DNA of 64,000 nt from positions 112,448 through 176,447 of the forward strand of contig CALREX010000004.1 of assembly GCA_943356465.1 (NCBI GenBank), given 5' to 3'. Positions 58,876 through 64,000 of the stretch are shown here, piece by piece (position 1 is the first letter of the stretch; each line of letters opens with the position of its first letter). This DNA comes from Candidatus Peribacteria bacterium. GTDB taxonomy: Bacteria; Patescibacteriota; Gracilibacteria; UBA1369; LOWO2-01-FULL-3. The notes below the pieces were generated by a model, which worked only from the letters and a program-made list of their open reading frames with translations, searched no databases and was not told the DNA's origin. The translations under genes were made by a program, and so were the position numbers.

Positions 58876-61104
58876 TCACTCTCCGTCAAAATGTTGCTGG
58901 AAAAACCATTTGATCAAATCCCAATTTTGTTCGAGTGGAAGTAGTGTATATGCATGATTTTCACCTTCACAGCTGGGTATAGAGCCGCCAGCAGCAGAGG
59001 ATTGATCGATAGAGGCCTGACAATCTTCTTTTGTTATATAAGGGGGAACAAAGAAAATATTTCCAGAGGACATAACATCATTAGAAACAATTTTATAATT
59101 TTGATATTTGAAATAATATTTGATAGCCTCATCGATAGAGACATCAGTTTCTGTCTTTCCCAGTACAGCTCTTGCAATCTTATAAACCGTATCTGCATCT
59201 CCAAAACCAAAATTCTGTGCTTTTTTTTGAATCGCCTGCAGAATCATTTGTTGTCTTTCTGCGCGCGCAAAATCAGAAGTGGTATGTCTGCTTCTTGCAA
59301 GTCTTAGAGCTTCTTTTCCACCCAAATGGTAATCTCCGGGTTCATAATGCAAAGTTCCCTCTTTGCCATTATCTATAGTCTTATAAGTCGGATCTACAAC
59401 AGCCTGATCTAGATGAATATCTATTCCACCTATCAAATCAATCACCTCAATAAAAGCATACATATCTATAACTATATATTTATCGAGTGTATATCCAGTA
59501 AGATTGCTGATCAATTTTTTCAGCTCAGGCATGCCATAAAAAAATGCATAAGCATTTATTTTTCGACCATTATAAAAAAGATCCCTAGGGATGCTGATCA
59601 TTTTTATCTCTTTTGAAGTTTCGTCCAGATGAGCAAATATCAAGGTGTCAGTAAGATCACCATTTTTACCTACGATAAGAACATTAAAAGTTTTATCAGC
59701 ATGAGAAACTTTATTATTAAAAGACGAAAGGTCTTTAGGGATCTCTAAAGTTTTTTTTTTGGAATCAGGTTCGAAAAAAAGAAGATTCTGCGAATTTGTT
59801 CCATCAGGTTGAACAATATTTACGACGCCTGTTGTCTTCTCAACAACAATAGAGCTAAGCACCTTATCACTCTTTGTCATAAGGTCGAAATAGTATCTGC
59901 TATTATCTTCACGAGGTTCTGAAATTTGCAGTCCGGCAGCCTCAAGAGCTATCATAAATCCTTTGTCTGAAAGAGTGTTTTTTACGTCTTCAAGGACTTG
60001 TTTTGACTTCTTCTCTATAGAAGTACTTGTATCAAGCTTTTCAATAAAAGGAAGAAGATCGGATTTTACATCTAAAGTGATCTTAGAAGAATCATCACTT
60101 TTATTTACCAATGAAACGTCCAAAGTTTTAAAATCAATAACAATTTCTCCAATAACTTCACTGGTCATATTATTGACGAAATATGTATATTTGAAATCTT
60201 TTTCTTTTGGAGTCCTATCGATTTTTGATTTTATTTCAGACAGTTTTGCCTTCATCGTCTCGGTGTCGGATGCGGATTCAATATCAGTTCGTGATTTATT
60301 TATACTATCGATTGTTTGCTTCCACTGCGGACCATTTGCATTGATGAAATTCACAAGATCTGTAAAAAATTCATCGGAATTTGCATAAAAAACTTCTCTT
60401 TTCTCATTTACAGTTTTTCTCATAAGTTTGCCGTCTTCTTTTGAGAGATAGAAAAATATTGCATTAAATTCAAGAGGCGTCTGACCTTGATACAGCAAAG
60501 ACAAAGAATATCCATTTGGATCTTCCACGAATTTTGAGAATGAAAGTCCATAAGTATTCATCGCAGATACAAGCGCTGCACTAGTATTTATTTTTTCAAG
60601 AAAAGATTTATTTAAATTAAGATGTGTTTCTATATTTTCCTTCTTAGACAGGTAGTCTACATATTGAAAAAGAGCCAGTTGAAGCCTGTTTGTGTTTTTA
60701 TTTTCATCGCTGGAAGAGTCATTTATTGTCTCAGAAGATGAATAGTCTGTTACAGGCATTCCGATATATTGGCGGACTTCATTTAGGTTTCCACCGATCT
60801 TAGCGGTGATTTCTTTTATCTGCCCAATCTCTGTTATAAGGGAAGTATCATGACTTTGTAAAAACGAAAAATTTCCGATTGTTGTTTGAATTTGTACATA
60901 TTGAACTACAAAAAGAACAACCAAAATAAACAGAAAAATATTTCTGAAAGAAAAAAATCTCTTTTTATGTCCAGAGTAATCAATTCCGGCATTTTTTTCA
61001 GCAACTACATACAATCCTTTTTCACTTTTGCTAAAACCATCAGTCAAATTTTTTTTTGTATCGCTGATTTTTACTTCACTCATCTTTGTCTCTCTTTTTT
61101 GCAT
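58876..61104 (-). CDS. LCP (LytR-CpsA-Psr) family protein with a long extracellular spacer
   Basis: N-terminal TM. C-terminal NVLIVG…TDTLI…SIPRDL…KINAY…ARSRHTTSDFARAERQQ. Confidence 0.9.
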   Translation of the reverse strand: MQKRETKMSEVKISDTKKNLTDGFSKSEKGLYVVAEKNAGIDYSGHKKRFFSFRNIFLFILVVLFVVQYVQIQTTIGNFSFLQSHDTSLITEIGQIKEITAKIGGNLNEVRQYIGMPVTDYSSSETINDSSSDENKNTNRLQLALFQYVDYLSKKENIETHLNLNKSFLEKINTSAALVSAMNTYGLSFSKFVEDPNGYSLSLLYQGQTPLEFNAIFFYLSKEDGKLMRKTVNEKREVFYANSDEFFTDLVNFINANGPQWKQTIDSINKSRTDIESASDTETMKAKLSEIKSKIDRTPKEKDFKYTYFVNNMTSEVIGEIVIDFKTLDVSLVNKSDDSSKITLDVKSDLLPFIEKLDTSTSIEKKSKQVLEDVKNTLSDKGFMIALEAAGLQISEPREDNSRYYFDLMTKSDKVLSSIVVEKTTGVVNIVQPDGTNSQNLLFFEPDSKKKTLEIPKDLSSFNNKVSHADKTFNVLIVGKNGDLTDTLIFAHLDETSKEIKMISIPRDLFYNGRKINAYAFFYGMPELKKLISNLTGYTLDKYIVIDMYAFIEVIDLIGGIDIHLDQAVVDPTYKTIDNGKEGTLHYEPGDYHLGGKEALRLARSRHTTSDFARAERQQMILQAIQKKAQNFGFGDADTVYKIARAVLGKTETDVSIDEAIKYYFKYQNYKIVSNDVMSSGNIFFVPPYITKEDCQASIDQSSAAGGSIPSCEGENHAYTLLPLEQNWDLIKWFFQQHFDGE

Positions 61105-61224
61105 ATTTGCAGTTTAAGCCTTGTTATTCTAGAAAAAACACACAGATGTTGCAATGGGAAAAGATTTGCATGGCAGTATATCAATAATGTAAAGTAAAAA
61201 AAATAAACCATTCACCTCAACCAA

Positions 61225-61653
61225 ATGGAATCAAAAAGCGGGTTTAAATCATTACCGCTGTCGATGAAGATATTTTTTATAATAATGACAGTTTTAACAT
61301 TGTTATCGTTCTTATATCTTGAAAAGAATTCCATATTTATAATAGGCTTTGTTCTAAGAGGCGTTCTGGCAAAAATAGCTATAGCGCTGGTAAATATTTT
61401 TGTCCCGACAATACTTCTAATAGCAATGTTAAAAAGATATTCATGGACCGCAAAATATGCGACCTTTTACTTTGGATTTTTAATATTAAACAGTGTAATT
61501 GGTATAATCAGCTATACTTTGATAATGCCGGATGGACTTTTTAAATATCTATGGTCGTCAATTGCAATCGGCGCATCACCAAATATTGCACTCATAATAT
61601 TTTTGATTATTTTTTGGCGCGGTAGAAATTATTTTACGAAAAATTATGAATAG
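61225..61653 (+). CDS. Small 4-TM membrane protein
   Basis: 142 aa, almost entirely hydrophobic helices. Overlaps the next gene by 8 bp. Confidence 0.7.
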   Translation: MESKSGFKSLPLSMKIFFIIMTVLTLLSFLYLEKNSIFIIGFVLRGVLAKIAIALVNIFVPTILLIAMLKRYSWTAKYATFYFGFLILNSVIGIISYTLIMPDGLFKYLWSSIAIGASPNIALIIFLIIFWRGRNYFTKNYE

Positions 61654-63073
61654 CGGAAAAACAATTCGGGTCATTACAATAACGCTATCTCTGATAATGG
61701 AGATGATTTTCCCGCTTGGAAATCAAGGATTCACAGCAAACGCAGATAGCTGCGACAACTCAGGTGCGAAATCGGAATATAACGGTTGCAAGACCTCGGC
61801 ATCACAGGAAAAAAACAGTTGTATAGAATCCTGTAAATGGTATTTGCAAGATCCATGTTATGGCGAATGTCAGAGCAACTACAATCAATGTTCAGGTGAA
61901 TGCAATTCTTCCTACAATACAGCAATAAGCGGTTGTTCAGAAACATACAACAGTCAACTATGCTCAAACAACGACAATGATAATTCAAATGAAAATCCTC
62001 CACCAAACAATCAATCTAGCAAAGAGCCAAAAAATTGCAATGGTGAACAAAATAATCTTGATGCGGCTCACAAAAAAGTGGCTGAGGCATGCAAAGGAAT
62101 TAACTATCCGGAAAGACTTTTAACAGACAAAGGACAAGAACCAAATGATATGATGGATTCGTTATGCAAAAGTTTAGATGAACAAGTAGCTAGAGATCAG
62201 GCCACATTGGATCGCGCACAGAAGTTACTTGACTGGGACAAATCGGAAAAAAGATTTTTTGAGGAAACTGTAATACCAAATATAAAAGAAGGACACGAAA
62301 AACTTTTGGATGATTATGAAAAACTGGAAAAAGATATTGAAGAAAAAAAAGAACTTCTCGATAAATCTTCAGAACATTTTAGCGAAATAAAAGCCGAATC
62401 AACGCAGGCATGGATTGAAGCAATTGCTGGAGCTGGAGGGCCGGCGGGGTTGTTTTTGGATGTAGGAATCTTGATAGGAAGGCTTTCGAAAGGATCACCA
62501 GTAAAGCATATAGGCATAAGGGTAGGTATAGACGCCGCAGAACATCCTGTGGAAAAAGGACTAGAAAAGATAGGAGAAATATTATTTGGAGAAACTACGC
62601 ATATGGGGCTGGGGCTTAATAAAGTTCCAGAAACACTGCTCGGCCATGTGGAATTTTCACCGCTTTCATTTGTTGGGATCGCATATGATGGACTGGAATT
62701 ACAGGAACTAAAAAATCTAACTGCTGATGCGGAAAAAGATTATAATCAAAAACTAAGCTGGTATGAAGATGCTCTGACAGCAATGAACGGTTTTAAAAAC
62801 AGGGATGATTATGCAAAATTAATGGGTATGGAAAAGAAACTGGAAGAAATTAATCAAAAAATCAGATTGCTCGATATAGAAATAAATAGCCTTGAAAAAC
62901 AAATTCCTGTAATGAAACACACGCTTGGAATATCAAAAGAATTATCCGACAAATGTCAAAAAGATAAACAAAACGAAGCAAATACAGTCGCTCAGCAGGA
63001 GAGATGTAGGAGCGCACTTAAAGAAGAACAAACGGCAAAAAGTAAACTCAAGGAATGTGAGGCGGCAAAATAG
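61646..63073 (+). CDS. Secreted Cys-rich coiled-coil protein with a central Gly-rich hydrophobic segment
   Basis: 475 aa. Signal …TANA|D, Cys-rich N-terminal domain, long heptad regions, AWIEAIAGAGGPAGLFLDVGILIG. Confidence 0.75.
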   Translation: MNSGKTIRVITITLSLIMEMIFPLGNQGFTANADSCDNSGAKSEYNGCKTSASQEKNSCIESCKWYLQDPCYGECQSNYNQCSGECNSSYNTAISGCSETYNSQLCSNNDNDNSNENPPPNNQSSKEPKNCNGEQNNLDAAHKKVAEACKGINYPERLLTDKGQEPNDMMDSLCKSLDEQVARDQATLDRAQKLLDWDKSEKRFFEETVIPNIKEGHEKLLDDYEKLEKDIEEKKELLDKSSEHFSEIKAESTQAWIEAIAGAGGPAGLFLDVGILIGRLSKGSPVKHIGIRVGIDAAEHPVEKGLEKIGEILFGETTHMGLGLNKVPETLLGHVEFSPLSFVGIAYDGLELQELKNLTADAEKDYNQKLSWYEDALTAMNGFKNRDDYAKLMGMEKKLEEINQKIRLLDIEINSLEKQIPVMKHTLGISKELSDKCQKDKQNEANTVAQQERCRSALKEEQTAKSKLKECEAAK

Positions 63074-63093
63074 TCATGTGCTATAATCCTCAT

Positions 63094-63390
63094 ATGAACA
63101 AATACGAAAATCTTAGCAAACCACAGGCGGAGTTTGATTTTCACGATAAAGGGATTTTGAATGAAAACAGTATAAAAAGACTTACAGATGATTTTCTTCA
63201 TGAGTGCATGCGCAGAAAATATACTAAAGTCATTTTCATCACAGGGAAAGGATTGCATTCAAAAAAAGGAATGCCGGTAATAAAACCATTTTTACGACAA
63301 TACTTAAGTACTTTATCTTTTGTAGGTAGAGTTTACGAAGGGCGCTTTGATAGAGGTGGTACAGGAACTTTGGAGGTGACGTTGAAATGA
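63094..63390 (+). CDS. Smr/MutS2-domain protein
   Basis: FDFHD, VIFITGKGLHS, DRGGTGTLEV. Start placed at ATG 63094, just after TGcTATAAT. Confidence 0.88.
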   Translation: MNKYENLSKPQAEFDFHDKGILNENSIKRLTDDFLHECMRRKYTKVIFITGKGLHSKKGMPVIKPFLRQYLSTLSFVGRVYEGRFDRGGTGTLEVTLK

Positions 63391-63463
63391 AGGTAATAAT
63401 CTCTAGACATTCCTTATAATGTATATTATAAGGAGGTCTATGTATATGAAAATATAATGATTC

Positions 63464-64000
63464 ATGATTGAAGATAATCGAAGAAAAGTACACATACCAG
63501 AATTACCACCACGAAGACCTGCCTTTATGGGTGATCCAAGACAGGATCGACTTTTGGATAGACCAATAAGCAGGATTCCGATAGCAACAATAATGGCATT
63601 AACCAAAGCGAAAACTAACGACAGACGATCAAGTGACACATCGTTGGAAGATAATGATCCTATAGAATTGGCACCCAATCATATATTTCTTTATAAACCA
63701 GGGAAATTATCCGTCTTCGGAGGCAATCAAGAAGACTTTTTTAAATTTATGAAATCCAGACCTCAAGTTATTTTAGTTTTGAATATTCGCAAAAGTTGTC
63801 CAATACCAGCCAGTTGGGTTTCAGCTTTAAAAGATCTTAAACAAGAATATTCTTGTTTTAATTTCATCAGGCTTCATGATATAGATGCAGAAGATTCCAG
63901 CGCAATGATATACGTCGACGGACAGTTACAAAAGGATAAAATAAATCTTTCTCATAGTCGACAATTATGTCTGACTGACGAAGCTTTAATTGAATTAATT
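63464..64000 (+). CDS. Hypothetical protein, 3'-truncated by the window edge (not in the ORF track)
   Basis: Manual translation MIEDNRRKVHIPELPPRRPAFMGDPRQDRLL…; frame stays open for 179 codons to the window end. Confidence 0.6.
   Translation, partial: MIEDNRRKVHIPELPPRRPAFMGDPRQDRLLDRPISRIPIATIMALTKAKTNDRRSSDTSLEDNDPIELAPNHIFLYKPGKLSVFGGNQEDFFKFMKSRPQVILVLNIRKSCPIPASWVSALKDLKQEYSCFNFIRLHDIDAEDSSAMIYVDGQLQKDKINLSHSRQLCLTDEALIELI

Noticed and set aside
343..63678. Numerous 60-290 aa ORFs antisense to or nested in longer genes (e.g. 3876-4748, 2942-3577, 43088-43645, 48754-49293)
   Set aside because: Shadow ORFs of purine-rich coding strands, with Phe/Ser/Leu-rich composition and no motifs.
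1..64000. Alternative genetic code 25 (TGA=Gly) as in Gracilibacteria/Absconditabacteria
   Set aside because: Very long ORFs, including 3915 aa, have no in-frame TGA, and tsaD, smr and the PrsW-family gene end at TGA at their natural C-termini.

Overview
Low-GC bacterial chromosome segment, most consistent with a Candidate Phyla Radiation (Patescibacteria) genome, probably Peregrinibacteria-like. This is inference from gene content: scattered housekeeping genes, an isolated rplJ-rplL pair, a short ThrRS, SLH proteins, a type IV pilus cluster and many large secreted proteins of unknown function. TGA acts as a normal stop, so the code is 11 rather than the Gracilibacteria code 25. Recognisable housekeeping genes are thrS, recF, uvrA, rplJ/rplL with an L10 leader, miaA, a MazG-like gene, recJ, a DHH/NrnA-like gene, hisS, tsaD, cca, rlmD, and LCP and Smr domain genes. 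The main accessory feature is a ~21 kb minus-strand surface-structure block: pilN-like, pilO-like, pilB, pilC and a pilin, then a 3915-aa SLH-anchored multidomain protein and four tightly coupled secreted Cys-containing helical proteins. Other notable items are a VirB6-like membrane protein next to a His-rich 1273-aa protein, an 842-aa protein with a degenerate RelA/SpoT-like nucleotidyltransferase domain, and an excisionase-type HTH gene with 10-bp-periodic repeat arrays plus an uncalled 57-aa zinc-ribbon ORF. There is also a palindromic 65-66 bp triple repeat after rplL, a methyltransferase-kinase fusion next to an atypical Gre factor, an HD-GYP protein, and a possible secreted toxin/membrane-partner pair. 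I saw no tRNA, rRNA, CRISPR array or transposase. All calls come from reading motifs by eye; no searches were run.
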